Assembly: GCA_003971905.1 (NCBI GenBank)
Contig: RSEE01000024.1
Span: forward strand, 372,001 to 436,000
DNA from: Moniliella sp. 'wahieum'
Lineage: Eukaryota
DNA: 64,000 nucleotides
Reading direction: 5' to 3'
The position numbers and the translations under genes are program-made. Below the pieces are notes generated by a model. That model had not been told where the DNA came from, did not search any database, and was given only the letters and a program-made list of their open reading frames with translations. Of the stretch, positions 1-12,177 are shown in pieces; the first letter of the stretch is position 1; each line of letters opens with the position of its first letter.

Positions 1-842
1 GGTCCTCGGCCACCGTCGACGGCTGGTTGGCTGGCTGGCTGGCAGCTGGGACATGGCGTTCCTCCAGTAGCGAAGGAGGGTTAGGAAGGATCGCACTAGC
101 ATTGACATTGGCATTGGCGGTGGCGTTGGTACTGGCATTGGCAGAAACAGGCGGGGGTGGCGCTTGCGATTGGGAGACAAGCAGTGCCTCCAGTTGCTGC
201 ATTCGACTTTTGATCGCATGCAGCTCGTTGGCCATGGTTGGGTCGGATCCGCCAGACATGGGCACCGAGTAGGACGAAGCACTAGCGCTCGGGGAGGTCA
301 TTTGGGGGGTGGATCCCACACCGGCCGATTGGCGCATCCGCTCTAGCTCCCTCTCGTGTTCGAGCTGGCGCAGACGCTCTTCCAGCTGGCGGACATGGCG
401 TTCCTTGGAGGCCTGGGCGGCAGCCTCGGCCTCTTGACGGCTACGTTGCTCGCGTTCCTCGGCAGCACGGTGCTTGAAGGGCTCGACGTGGCACGTGTCC
501 GCCTCGCCGCGCTTGACGCACTGCTGGCAGGGCGAGTCGCGGCTGCAGCGGATCTTGCGGTCGCTGGGAGCGGGGGGGGGGGGGGGGGGTTAGTTGCGCG
601 TGTCCAGCAAGTCCAGACGGGGCAAGAAGAGCCAAGGCAGACACAGGACATACCGACAGTGGGTGCAGCTAAAGGCCAGGCGGTTGCGTTTGCGGGGCGC
701 GTGCGGGTGGGGCTTGCTCTGGGCCTTGTCGCTGGGCTCGGAGGGAGAGGCGGCCGAGGTGGGACTCGGGCGACGGCTGCATCGCGGCGGGCTGGGAGCG
801 GCCGAGAGCGAGGATGGCCTCGGCGGCCTGGTCGCGCTGCAT
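1..842 (-). CDS. Zn(II)2Cys6 fungal transcription factor (5' part; runs off the left edge)
   Basis: Splicing out intron 564-653 (GTATGT...CAG) gives RKRNRLAFS-CTHCRDRKIRCSRDSPCQQCVKRGEADTC, a complete six-Cys GAL4-type cluster, followed by a coiled-coil-like stretch. The probable ATG at 842 (MQRDQAAEAILALG) needs one frameshift, so the start is tentative. Confidence 0.8.
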
Positions 843-1372
843 CGGGGGTGGAGTGGGGTCAGAAGGTGGTAGTGGTTGGTAGTGGGGGCGCGCGCAAGCA
901 CGCGGATACGACCGAGGGCCGGAGTTAAAACGCCGACGGCGGTTCTGTTTTCGGTGGCGAAGGAACCGCCACAACCCTACCGCTCGATACAGTCGCCCCG
1001 TGCTGCTGGGGCGTAGGCCCCTTGCGGCCGCATGAATATTGAATGCTGCCCACGCCACACGCACTGCCCCCGGACAGCCCGCTGGTGCTGCCTGTATAGA
1101 AGCAGCGCTGAATCCTGGGGCGCACGATGGATGACCGATGCCTGATCCTCCCCTCTGCCTGCTCGGCCGAAAGCAGGCCAAGCCAGTGCAGCGGGCAGGC
1201 GCAGCCGGCTGAGGTAAGCACACAGACTACCTCGCCTGACGTAACGCGCAACGTTTCAGTCCATCACATGTCACACGTCACACCGTCCTGTCCTTCAATG
1301 TTCAATCCCGCGACCCCGCTCTTGCTCGTGCCCAGCTGCCTGGCTCCGTTCGCGCCCGTCCCATCCACCCCC

Positions 1373-2183
1373 ATGCCGCCGCCCCGACCGCCCCAGCCAC
1401 CCCCACCCGAGGCACCGCAGGAGCAGGATCCCGACGAGGTGGCCAAGACGCTGCGCAAGGAGCAGACCACCTTTTGGCAGGAGATTGAGATTGACCGCAT
1501 CCTCCGCGCCTTCCGGCTCAACCCGTACGAAGTCATGGAGGTCCCGCTCGAGGCCGAGGCCAAGGACATCCAAAAGATCTATCGCCGAAAGAGCCTGCTC
1601 ATCCACCCCGACAAGGTGCAGCACCGTACGTCCGTCTGTGTCTCTGCTTCCTGCTTCCTGTTGCGCCTCGGCGATCTGGCGCTGATACTGATGCTGATAC
1701 TGATGCTGATGCTGCCCTGATGCTGACGCTGACCCCGACCCAGCACGAGCAGTGGAGGCGTTTGACCTTCTCAAGAAAGCGTCGAGCCAACTTCTGGATG
1801 ATACTTCCCGGAAGAAACTGGACGAGGTGGTGGTGGAGGCGCGGGTTACGTTGCTACGGGAGCTCAACTTGCCCGCCGACACGGCGTCAGACGACGCGCG
1901 GATCCAAGCGATGGGCCGGTCGTTCGAGGAGAAGCTGCGGGCGCACACACGCGAGATCATGGTGGACGAGGAGCTTCGGCGTCGGCGGGCCGTACGGCTG
2001 CAGCATGCGGCCGAGGGCACCGAGTCGAAGAAGCGGGAGGAGGCGATGCGGGAGCGCAAGCGCAAGGCCGAGGATGCCAAGGACTGGGAGGCGACGCGCG
2101 ACGAGCGGGTGGATGGGTGGAGGACGTTTGTCAAGGGCGGCGGCGGGAAGAAGAAGAAAAAGAAGAGCGGCGTGCTGGGCTAG
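1373..2183 (+). CDS. spf31: J-domain protein, DNAJC8/Spf31 family
   Basis: NPYEVM...IYRRKSLLIHPDKV (HPD motif). Intron 1626-1743 joins it to HPRAVEAFDLLKKA. C-terminal WEATRDERVDGWRTF...KKKKK...VLG is typical of DNAJC8. Confidence 0.9.
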
Positions 2184-2385
2184 CACCAGTGCATCCCCCT
2201 GCACACCCGCCTGGCTGTAGCATATACTACCTGGGTTAGTGATCTTGTGTCCTGCGCGGAGAGATAAAGTACAAGCAGCCAGCTTACCTAACGCCCCGCG
2301 CCTATCGTCAGGCGGCGGTCGGGGCCACCTGTCCCATCTCAGATCTCGCAGCCGCACAGACGACGACCGTTTTGGCCAGCGCCGC

Positions 2386-2430
2386 CACCACCTCCACCAC
2401 CACCACCACCACCACCACCACCACCACCAC
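2386..2430 (+). repeat. (CAC)n microsatellite just upstream of the Vps34 ATG
   Basis: Direct reading: ~15 CAC units with one CTC variant. Confidence 0.9.
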
Positions 2431-2454
2431 CCACCCGCCTGTCCCCCCCCCACC

Positions 2455-5400
2455 ATGGCCGACGACAAGGACATGTACAGCTTCTACCGCCTCTCGGACC
2501 TGGCCATCCCCTTGCGCATCAAGGTGTCGTCGCTGGTGGGCAAGCTGCCCCGCCACTCGCGCCTCGAGTTGCTCGAGCACCCCGAGCTCAGCTTGCTCGG
2601 GTCTGAAGTCGCGTACGTTGTCCGTCCTCGGCGTGCTCTGTGCTGACCAACGGTGGTGCGTGATGCTGACCCGCCACCAGCGACTATCCTGACCTATACA
2701 TTGAGTTCCGTCTCTATGCCGACAACAAGCCTCTGACTCCCCTGTTGCGTACCGCCTACCGACCCTTTGTCAAGGAATGGCAGTACGTCCCCTTGCTTCC
2801 ACATTGCTACTGCGACCGGATTTGGCTGATCAGTGTCTGCATCTAGTTGGGGCGAGTACATCACGTTCCCCTGGAACCTGTCTGAACTGCCACTGAATGC
2901 CCAGGTGGGATTTACCATCTACGACACGGCTGGGCCGAAGGAAAGGAAAGTGGTGGGAGGGACGACGTTTCGTCTGTTTGGCAAACGAGGGTACGTTCTC
3001 CTGTTTTGATTTGTGTCCGGCCGCATTGACACCAACAATAAACAACAAGGTCGCTGCGCAAAGCACAACATCGACTGTTTGTATGGCGCGACCAGGCTGC
3101 CGATGGGAGCGCCGAGTCCTCCACGCCTTCCAAAACCGGCGGGGAGAAAGACGAGATGGGGCGGGTCGAAAAAGTGGGTGCATTTTCGCTTTTTTTTTGC
3201 CCAGTTGCGGTCGATCTAGCTAACCTTGTTGGTATTTCTAGCTTATCAAAAAGCTCAATCGCGGCGACATTGAGCATGTCGACTGGATGGACCCACTGAC
3301 GATGCGCAAGGCTGCCACCATCTACCGTGCTGAGCTGGAGAGCAGTCCCAACTTGTTTCTCAACATTGAGATGCCTTCCTTTGACCATCCCGTTGTCTAC
3401 TCCGAACCGGAACCTGAGGCAATCGTGATGACCCCTCTGCATACCCACCTGTCCCTGTCAGTTCCTATCCCGACCGCCGAAGTTCCTACGATCTCCAAGA
3501 TCGATGAGTCCTTATTCACCGTCGTCGATCCGGAGATTGTGCGCGAGTCCCCCATTGAAGCCAAGCATCGAAGGATGACACGACAGCACCGCAGCGGCCC
3601 ATTGGACCGGGAGATGAAGCCGAATGCGGCGGTGCGGGATCGTTTGAACGTACGTGCTCTATCCCCCCTGCTCCACCTTTCTTGTTGCAGAAGCCTGACG
3701 AAACGAAACAACACAAAACAAAACAAAACGCAGGCAATCATGTACCACCCACACCGCCCCTTGACAGAGGATGAGATGAACTTGGTCTGGTCCTTCCGGT
3801 TCTACCTGACCCGGGACCCGAAGGGCCTAACCAAATTCCTCAAGTCAGTCAGTTGGAGTGATCCGGGAGAGACCAAGCAGGCGACCCAAGTGTTGCTTCC
3901 GATGTGGAGTAAGCCCGAGGTGGATGATGCGCTGGAGCTACTGGGTCCTACGTTCAAAGATGTGCGAGTGAGGGACTACGCGGTGCAGATTCTTGAAGGT
4001 GCCGATGACGAGGAACTGATGTTGTACCTCTTGCAACTGGTCCAAGCGATCAAGTTTGACCAGCTGGCCCAATCGCACCAAGTGGAACGGTTGGACGAGG
4101 TGCAATCTCCTTCCAAACGTTTGGCCCGTTCCTCATCGACCTTGCGGCCCGGACGAGCGAATCAGTCTCACCTCAGCCTCCCCAGTGGCAGCTCCGCTCT
4201 GCTCGGAGGTCTCGCCGACTTTCTCATCCGCCGAGGCACGCGCAACGCCGACCTGGGAAACATGTTGTACTGGTATGTGTTTGTGGAGACGACGGACAAA
4301 GGGCAGGGTCATCTCTACACCGAAGTCAAGCGACATTTCCTCGATTCCCTCGGAGGCGACAAGAGTGGGAAAGCGCGGGTGGAGGGGTTGCGTAGGCAAA
4401 CGGTGTGGATGGAGCAACTTGCGCATTGGCTGTCGAGCTGCGGTTTAGCAAAGAGGCTCGGCCCAAGAAAATTGAGCGTCTGCGCAGCTGGATCACCGAT
4501 AAGAATGGGTTTGCCGAGTTTGTGCCGCCCATGACGCTGCCGCTGGATCCTAGGATCCAAGTGGGTGCAACGACCGCGGAAAAGAGCACCGTGTTCAAGT
4601 CCAACCAGCTGCCTTTACTTCTTTGGCTTCGTACCGCACCTCCTGGCAAAAAGACGCACCGGCACGAGGAAGAGGGCAATTATCCCGTCATCTTCAAAAA
4701 CGGCGACGACCTCCGACAAGATCAATTGGTCATCCAGCTTTTCACCCTGATGGACCAGCTGCTGCAAAAGGAGAACTTGGATTTGAAGCTGACGCCTTAT
4801 CGTGTGCTTGCCACGGGGCCCGAGGATGGGCGTGCAGTTTGTCAAGTCGCAAAGCATTGCCTCGATCAGTTCCGAGTACGGGGGCTCGGGCGGGCTGAGC
4901 GCGGTGCAAGCGTACCTGCGCCGATTCAATGCGGATGCGCAGGCAGAGGACACGTATGGCATCAGTGCCTCGTGATGGATACGTTTGTACGAAGTTTGCC
5001 GGGTACTGTGTGCTGACGTACCTACTTGGCGTGGGAGACCGACACTTGGACAATCTCTTGGTCGCTCCGGACGGGCACTTTTTCCATGTGGACTTTGCCT
5101 ACATTCTCGGGCGCGATCCGAAGCCTTACCCACCACCTGTAAAGGTGTGTCGCGAGATGGTGGACTGTATGGGCGGCCCAAGTTCAGGACACTAACCGGT
5201 TCAAATCGTTATGTTTCACATCGTTCATCTCCCTCCGCAAGAGCGCCAACTTGATTCTCAACTTGGTCGCCTTGATGGTCGATGCTAACGTGCGCGATAT
5301 CCAGCGCGAACCTGACCGCGCCGTCGAACGCGTCCAGGAAAAGTTCTTGCTCAACCTCAATGACGCAGAAGCCATCCATCCTCGACCGCCTCTTATCGGA

Positions 5401-5464
5401 AAGCTCTTACATCGTCGCTGTCATGGATAAGGTCCATGATTGGGCGCAAATGTTCCGTGCGTGA
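2455..5464 (+). CDS. VPS34: Class III phosphatidylinositol 3-kinase Vps34 (multi-exon; several apparent indels)
   Basis: N-terminal C2 region ([17 protein letters not shown]), PIK helical domain (VWSFRFYLT...DDALELLGP...LYLLQLVQA), kinase motifs [39 protein letters not shown], and C-terminal [10 protein letters not shown]. Confidence 0.95.
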
Positions 5465-5810
5465 GCGGGAGCGGGAGCGTGAGCTTGACCTTATGTATGA
5501 GCTTGAGCAGGAGCGCGATCTTGATATTCCCTTTTTCTGCTGCATTCTCAGCCTGGTGGTACGTCCTGGTGGTACGTACGAAGCAAGATGACGACTAGAT
5601 GGCTGGGTTAGGGGGGCCGTAGTGCTGCGTCCGTTGTGGATGGAAACGGATAGGATGCCAAGGCACAGCTCAGGTCCAGGCACAAGCACAGGACACGACC
5701 GTGGACGTGCGAGACTCAAAAAGGAAAAAGGAGCATGGCATAGGATCTGCTTTCTAGCGTCAAACGTGTGGTGTAGTGATAGATGTTATAGGTACATGCG
5801 CACCAATAAG

Positions 5811-5900
5811 GCCTCGCTATTTCAATCGGTAGAATTTGGGACTTTTACGCTTGCTTCAAAGTTCATCCCACGGCTGCGGGTTCGAGTCCCGCGTGAGGCG
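5811..5900 (+). tRNA. tRNA-Lys(UUU) with a 17-nt intron (5848-5864)
   Basis: Acceptor stem GCCTCGC/GTGAGGC; anticodon stem TGGGA/TCCCA with loop CT-TTT-A[intron]A; T arm GCGGG-TTCGAGT-CCCGC; T-rich Pol III terminator follows. Confidence 0.9.
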
Positions 5901-6234
5901 GTTTCTTTTTCCATCTCGATCAATCTTTCGTTCCGCGTGAGGTCAGAGACGATTGCTTTTTCGATCCATATGGTGCACGGCGGATCGTTGTGCGCGGGTG
6001 TGAGTCGTGCCCTACGGTGTGGGTGGTGGTGCAGGGTCGGCGGATGACGCAGCCTCGAAGTTACGCTGTTGAACGTTGAATGTTGAACGTTTGTTCAGGG
6101 AACGAGCTGGAGATTCAAGTTGAATATTGAATCCGGCGGGAGTGGATTAGATTGGAGATCGAGACGGGAGGAAACAGATGGTCGCTGAGGACGACGGCTG
6201 ACACTGCGACTGTGTTTGGTCCACCACTCGCGAG

Positions 6235-7828
6235 ATGCGCATCTCCATCCCCTCCATCCCCACTTTGACAACCCACGCCCCGTGGTGGAGTACACGCTGG
6301 AGCAAGCAAGCGAGCTGCTTGCCACCTTCCTCAGCAGGGGGCAACCACAACTCCTCCTCACCGGCGCTGGATCTCTGTCGACTCGGGCATTGCGCCCTAC
6401 CGCGGACCCAATGGACACTACAGTATGTCCCCTCTCCTCCTCTCCCTCCTCCTCCTCCCCCCCCCCACCACCCCCACCTGCCAGACACCCAAACACCCAA
6501 ATACCCAAATACCCGCACCAGAAACAAGGCGCCGCGGGCATCAGATCGGGTCTGCCTAGGCTTTGTGGACTCAAGCGTGCTGGTTGGGAGGTCCGAATGG
6601 GGTAAGCTGAGCGCAGGCTGACCTGGGTGGCGCGAGCAGCTGCGCACAAAGCTTTTCGACCCATCTTTTTCCATGAGTTTATCAGTCCCAAAGCCAAGGG
6701 CCACTACTACCGCCAACGATACTGGTCCCGCTCCTTTCTTGGTTACCCGTCGGTGATGAACGCGCAGCCCAACCCGGGCCACTACAGCACCGCAGCGCTC
6801 CAGCGGCTCGGGTACGTGCCAGCGTACATTACTCAGAACGTGGACAACATGCACCAACTCGCTACCCCTTCCCCTTCCCTCGCTGCCTCCAGCATCTTGG
6901 AGCTACACGGTACGTGCTGTCCTCGCACCTGTTTCCTCCCTCCTCCCTTCCCTCCCTTCCCCCCCTTCCCCCCCTTTGCACCCGGTCTATCCGGTCCATC
7001 CGTTTCCCGTTTCCCGTTTCCCGTTTCCCGTTTCCCGTTTCCCGTTTCCCGTTTCCCGTTTCCCGTTTCCCGTTTCCCGTTTCCCGTTTCCCACTGGACG
7101 AGAACTAAGTACGATCGCCCACCGCAGGGACCCTGCAACATGTCGTGTGTGTCGCCAAGGAGCCCACGTGGCACGGGGGCACGTACAACCCCACCCTTTT
7201 TGCGCAGCTGCACGATCCTAGTGCCTTCCCGTCGCCCGACTGGTCGCCGGCCGGGAAGGATTATAGCGAAGGCTGTGGCTTTCGCGGCAGTCGCTCCGCG
7301 TTGCAGCGGGACCTTGAGCAGAGGAACCCACGTTGGGCCGCGTTTGCGCAGGAGATGCAACGATCCGGAGCGGCACCCAAGACCAATCCCGATGGCGACG
7401 TCGAGTTGGGGGACGAGACGGATTACCGTGCGTTTACCTATCCGCGCTGCCCGCAGTGCGGAGGGGTGATCAAGCCGAGTGTGGTGTACTTTGGAGAAAG
7501 TGTGCCGGAACGGTTAAAGATGCATTCGTTTTCCTTGGTGCAGGCTGCGTCGCGGGTGGTGGTGGTCGGGTCGTCGTTGGCTACCTACTCGGCGTTTCGG
7601 TTGATCAAGATGGCGCACGAACAGGGCAAACCTTTGTTGGCTGTGAATGTTGGACCGACACGAGGCGACCCCTTGATCCAGGATAAGATCGAACTGAGTT
7701 CGTCCGAGGTGCTACGGCGTACCGCCCAGCTCCTTGCCGGGTCCCACGCCCAGCACGATCCCATTCTCGACCATCTCCTTACGGCTGGAAAGGTGGTTGC
7801 GCCCACACCCAGGGTGGTCGGAAGCTGA
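6235..7828 (+). CDS. NAD-dependent deacylase, class II sirtuin (SIRT4-like)
   Basis: N-terminal MRISIPSIP, LLTGAG, YRQRYWSRSFLGY, ITQNVDNMHQ, LELHGT, CPQCGGVIKPSVVYFGE, GSSLATYSAFRL, NVGPTRGD. Two introns near 6423-6620 and 6910-7128, plus small frameshifts. Confidence 0.92.
7001..7091 (+). repeat. Perfect heptamer tandem (CGTTTCC)x13 inside the second sirtuin intron
   Basis: Direct reading. Confidence 0.95.
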
Positions 7829-7890
7829 CCTTGCCGAATTGGTTCTGTTTATGCGATCAGCCTAATGCATATACTGTGGCCCTCCGGCTA

Positions 7891-8437
7891 TGTTACGGGG
7901 CGCTCCGGTTATCTCCGGACGCTGAGCCCCGCATGTCGTAGACATCTCATCCAGACACGCGTCAGCCCCCTTAGACTAGCGAGAGAGAGCCGGCGGACAC
8001 CCTATATATGCCGCGAATACTTTCCACTGAGAGACAAGAGCGAACCGGACTTGCAGTACGAAGCTTCGTATCTGCGGTGCCCGGTATTGTGGCAGAACAC
8101 GGCCGTGCATTGCTCCTTGCTACTGTAGATTCCCCACCCTCTGTTTATACCTGTCATGACAAAAGGCACTTGAGACCTGGTTCCTTCTGTATATAAGCAG
8201 CCCTGTCTAAGGCTGGCTCGCGAATGTCCTTGTCGACCATCCTGTCCTTGTCTTTGGTCTCCCCGACCTCCGGTTCCTCTCTCGCCCTTCCACCTTCTAC
8301 CACCCTGACGAATTTACAACTCACGTCGTTTACACTGCAAGCCGCGGTTACACTCAGTACTAAGGTTTGCTCTTCTTTAGGACTCTATATGATTCCGCCT
8401 ACTACAGCGCGTCGAGTGTGGTAACGCCACAGTAACA
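7891..8437 (+). mobile_element. Possible solo LTR (degenerate)
   Basis: Bounded by TGTTAC...GTAACA inverted termini, ~550 bp, with an internal TATATAAG followed by a pyrimidine-rich tract. No target-site duplication and no second copy in the window. Confidence 0.3.
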
Positions 8438-9419
8438 GCATTACCAGTTACCCCGGAGCTCCTGGACCCCTTCAACGGGTCAGACGACCTACGTACCGCG
8501 GCACCTATACCTCGGAGGGTCTAAGCTGCGGCGTTTGCACGAAAGCAGTCACCCAATGTAGAGAGTCTCTCCCTTGTCTCTACAACCGCTCTGGCAGTTC
8601 AACCAGGATCTGAAGCAAGACCTAACGTACGTGGCTCGATTGGCCGTCCATGGATTTGTACACCTAAACGGCAGGAATGGGTCCCACCTCGGGACTCCCC
8701 CCATGACAATTAACGGTCGCCAAAGGTATATATCGATCTCGCCTTTGGTAAAGCTGCTTTCCTGTGTATATATTCAACACCTCTCGATCTCATTTTCCTG
8801 TTCACTCATTCACTTTTTGCAATGTGGCGGTAAAGCAAAAAAAGTGAAAGAGGTGAGGTGAAAGAGGCGGGGTGAAATAGGTGAGATCTTGGAGAAGAGG
8901 TCAGAGCTAAGAGATCTAAGCTCTGATCTCTGATCTCATCCATCTCCTGAAAGGGGCCAAAAAGATAAGAAGGTCTGCTGTATGCGGGCTTTGTCAGAAA
9001 ACGTGAGATGGAGGAAAGGGGAGCAGATGTGGATTGGATACATCTATGGACGGAGTGGAGGTATAAAAAGTACATCCTAAGGAACAAGGGGGCAAAGTCG
9101 AGAGTTGTGATCACAGGATCTCCCAACTGATAAGAATCACGACAGGGTGCCCATACGGAGAGCCCAGGGGGCCAAGGGCCCCCTAGCACGGCATGAATCT
9201 GACAGAAGGTTGCCTTCCCCCTGGTTGTGTATACACACCATCTCATCCCCTGTCTTGCTCGCCTGCCACTACCACACCTGTACGATAGCTTATGAACGTG
9301 CGTCGAAAAAAGTGCGCTAACTTTTTGACCCTCTCGTCTAAGAACACAGGGGGAATCAATATTCAATGAAACACAACATCTGTGACACTTTCTCACCGTC
9401 ACTCGGATCATCAGAAACA

Positions 9420-9780
9420 CTAACAGTTATATAGTGACTGGAATCACTAGCACTATACTAAGTACTAACGAGTGACTATAGTGACTACAACAGTTGTTCC
9501 TTGCTACTGTGACTGGTGACTAGGTTGACTAGCTATATCACATGGACAACAAGTGACGCCAGTGACTTACGACTCGTAAGTTATAGTGACTAGTAACTAG
9601 CTAGTAACTAGTGACCGTCCGAGTAACCTCTCTATCTATAGTCAGATCTATAGTCCCCTACTAGTCACCGCGCTTGGAGCAGCCCGAGGGCCTGGTAGCC
9701 GGTTATCGGTAGCTATATTCATATAATACTGTTAGTCGCGTTAGTCTCGGTTAGTAGTCATTGGTCACTAAGTAGTTTTC
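9420..9780. repeat. Low-complexity patch of degenerate GTGACTAG/GTAACTAG/CTATAG quasi-palindromes
   Basis: Dense recurrences such as tagtgactagtaactagctagtaactagtgac (9584-9615). Confidence 0.7.
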
Positions 9781-10713
9781 TCACCTTTCACCATTGTCCT
9801 TTAGTAGTAGCCATATATTGAATGGCGTTTTTTCCTTGACCACAGCAATGAGTGTCGATGTGAGTGTTGATGATTATAATAGCCTGGTTAGTAGTTATCG
9901 CGATTAATCGAATCAATCAATGATTTGCCGCTGGTGGCTGCCGTGATGGCTTGTATACTGCCTCTCCATAAGATCGAGCCGAGTTCAAGACTCCTGATTT
10001 TCCGTTATAGTTTGAATGTTATCCTGTCGGGCAATTCAGCATGTATATACAAACCACCCGGTAGAGGGTCAGGAAGGAAACGATTCTGAGAAGAAGACAT
10101 CGAGGAGATCTGAAAGGGCGAAGCTGACCATTCCTTTCTTCAACTAATGCTCTAACTAGAGTAAATTACAATGAACGACGACAAAACGTAAAACGCGTAT
10201 AAGGAACGAACCGGAGTCAGAGGGTCTGAATCGTCCCTCAAACTGAAGAGGGAACCGACGCGGGTATATGTGTGGTCGAAAATGGACGCAGCAGCACAGT
10301 CCAATGGCATCACTGTATATGCCACCCAATAAGTATTCATATGGGCGTGGATCGCTATCAGTTCGAACTATACTTGATGGAGGGGAGAGTAGATGCGGCA
10401 GTCGTACTACCTATAGCACTACGTGCGAGCGGCCGAAGTCCAAACCAGGAAAAGAATAATGCGATGACATAACCCATGTCGCCGGGGAAAAAGCGAACGG
10501 CAAACATGAGGGCGAGAACAGAACCGGGGAGAGAGAGGAAGAAGAAGGGTGCAAGAATGCGCGAGGCCAACGAAGGCAAATAAGGAAAACCTCAGAAACG
10601 CGAGGTGCGGGGAGGGGCGGGACATGCAAGCGATGTATGTGGCCAAGAGGTAAGACAAAGTAAGGGAGGCAAAGCCCCATGGTCCCATTTATGGTTCACA
10701 CATGCTGTGCCTA

Positions 10714-12177
10714 CTAGTATTGCGACGGGTGGGGGAGGAACGGGATGCCAGAGGGCACGCTGTGCGGGGCACGGGGCAAGCTCAGGTCGGGAGACAAGCC
10801 CGGGAGAGGAGAGCGGGTGGACGATTGGGGCGAAGGCAGCGGCATAGGACCACGGTGCGAGGTGGTGGTGGTAGAAGATTGTTTTCGGGCCGTGGTACTA
10901 GTGGTGGTCGAATGTTTGGAGGTGCGCGTGGAGGCCTTCAAGGAGGACGGTGCAGACTGGTTAGTAGTGCTGTTCTTGCTTGCGTCCGAAAGGTTGTCAG
11001 GTTGGTACGCTAGCCACTTGGTCTTTTGCTTGAGGATCTTGCTCACCGTCGAGCGCTCGACGTTGAACGCGGCCGCGATGTCGGCCTGACGCATCTCGGG
11101 GTTGATCTCGGCGAATTGACAAATCCGTTTGCGTGCTGCCCCGTCGATGCGCGCCTTGGGCCGCTTGGGCGTGATAGGAAGCGCAGGAATCATAGAGGAA
11201 GCCCCCTCGAAAAAGGACGGGGTGGGAAGGCCCTTGCGCACCGCCATCTGCGATCCCATGTAGCGCGGGTCGGACATAAACGGCATGCCCCGTGGGTCGG
11301 CACGCACCACCGACGTACCAGGGTGGTAGAACGAGCGCTGCCCCCCGGTCCGACCATCCAACGAAGAGGGAGTGGGGTCGAGCAGGCCATAGGGCTGCTC
11401 ACCTTGGTGGGTCTCTGTGTTGGCATACAGTGCAGAGTGGGGCATGAACCCGCGCTCTGCCTCGGTACGCATCGACGTCACCGACGACGGGGGCGTAGGG
11501 TAACTCGAATCAAAGTGGTTGTAAGGGTTGGAGTTGGGGTTGGGGTTGGGGTTGGGGTTGGGGTACACAGGTTGTTGCTGCTGCGGCTGCGGCGCCGGAT
11601 GTTGGGGATGCATCGCCGGCTCCTCCATCCCAAGGAAGGATGGCGTGGTGGGCAGGCCATTGTACCCGCGCCCACCTGAGCTTACCGGACTCCAGTCCGC
11701 AGGGGGAAGAGAGTTGCGTGGCATGCTGCTGTCTTCGGGGAAGCGCGCCGACTGCTGATTGGGAAACACTGGTCAGTTGGTTTGTTACTGTGGTGGGTTG
11801 GGCCGATGGGGACAGGAGGCAAGGGGGAGAGACGTACTGGCGTCGGGGGCAGGTCCGACCGGAAGGGCGAGCGGAACGAGGCCGGCACCTTGGGGTTGGG
11901 CAGACCAGTTGGCTGGGCAAAAGAGTCGCGCGAGTCCAGCATGGCAGAGGGCATGTTGCTGGCGTGTTGGACAGGATAGCCGTTGCTTCCATTCAACATC
12001 CCCGAGGGGGTGGTGCGGAGAGAAGGCACGCCGGCGTTCATGCTCTGGGCAGAGGAGGAGTAAGCATCCGAGCTGGTACTGAGTACTGAGCACAGCACAA
12101 GCAAGCGTGAGACAAAGGAGTCAAACAATACTTACCGGAGGAGCGTGCTTGGCAGAGTCGGTCACTGCAAAGGACAT
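10714..12177 (-). CDS. CENP-B N-terminal (psq-like) HTH DNA-binding protein in a low-complexity P/S/Q-rich polypeptide
   Basis: KARIDGAARKRICQFAEINPEMRQADIAAAFNVERSTVSKILKQKTKW (~11014-11160) matches the CENP-B_N HTH pattern. GT-AG introns at ~12079-12135 and ~11769-11837. No DDE domain before the stop. Confidence 0.8.
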
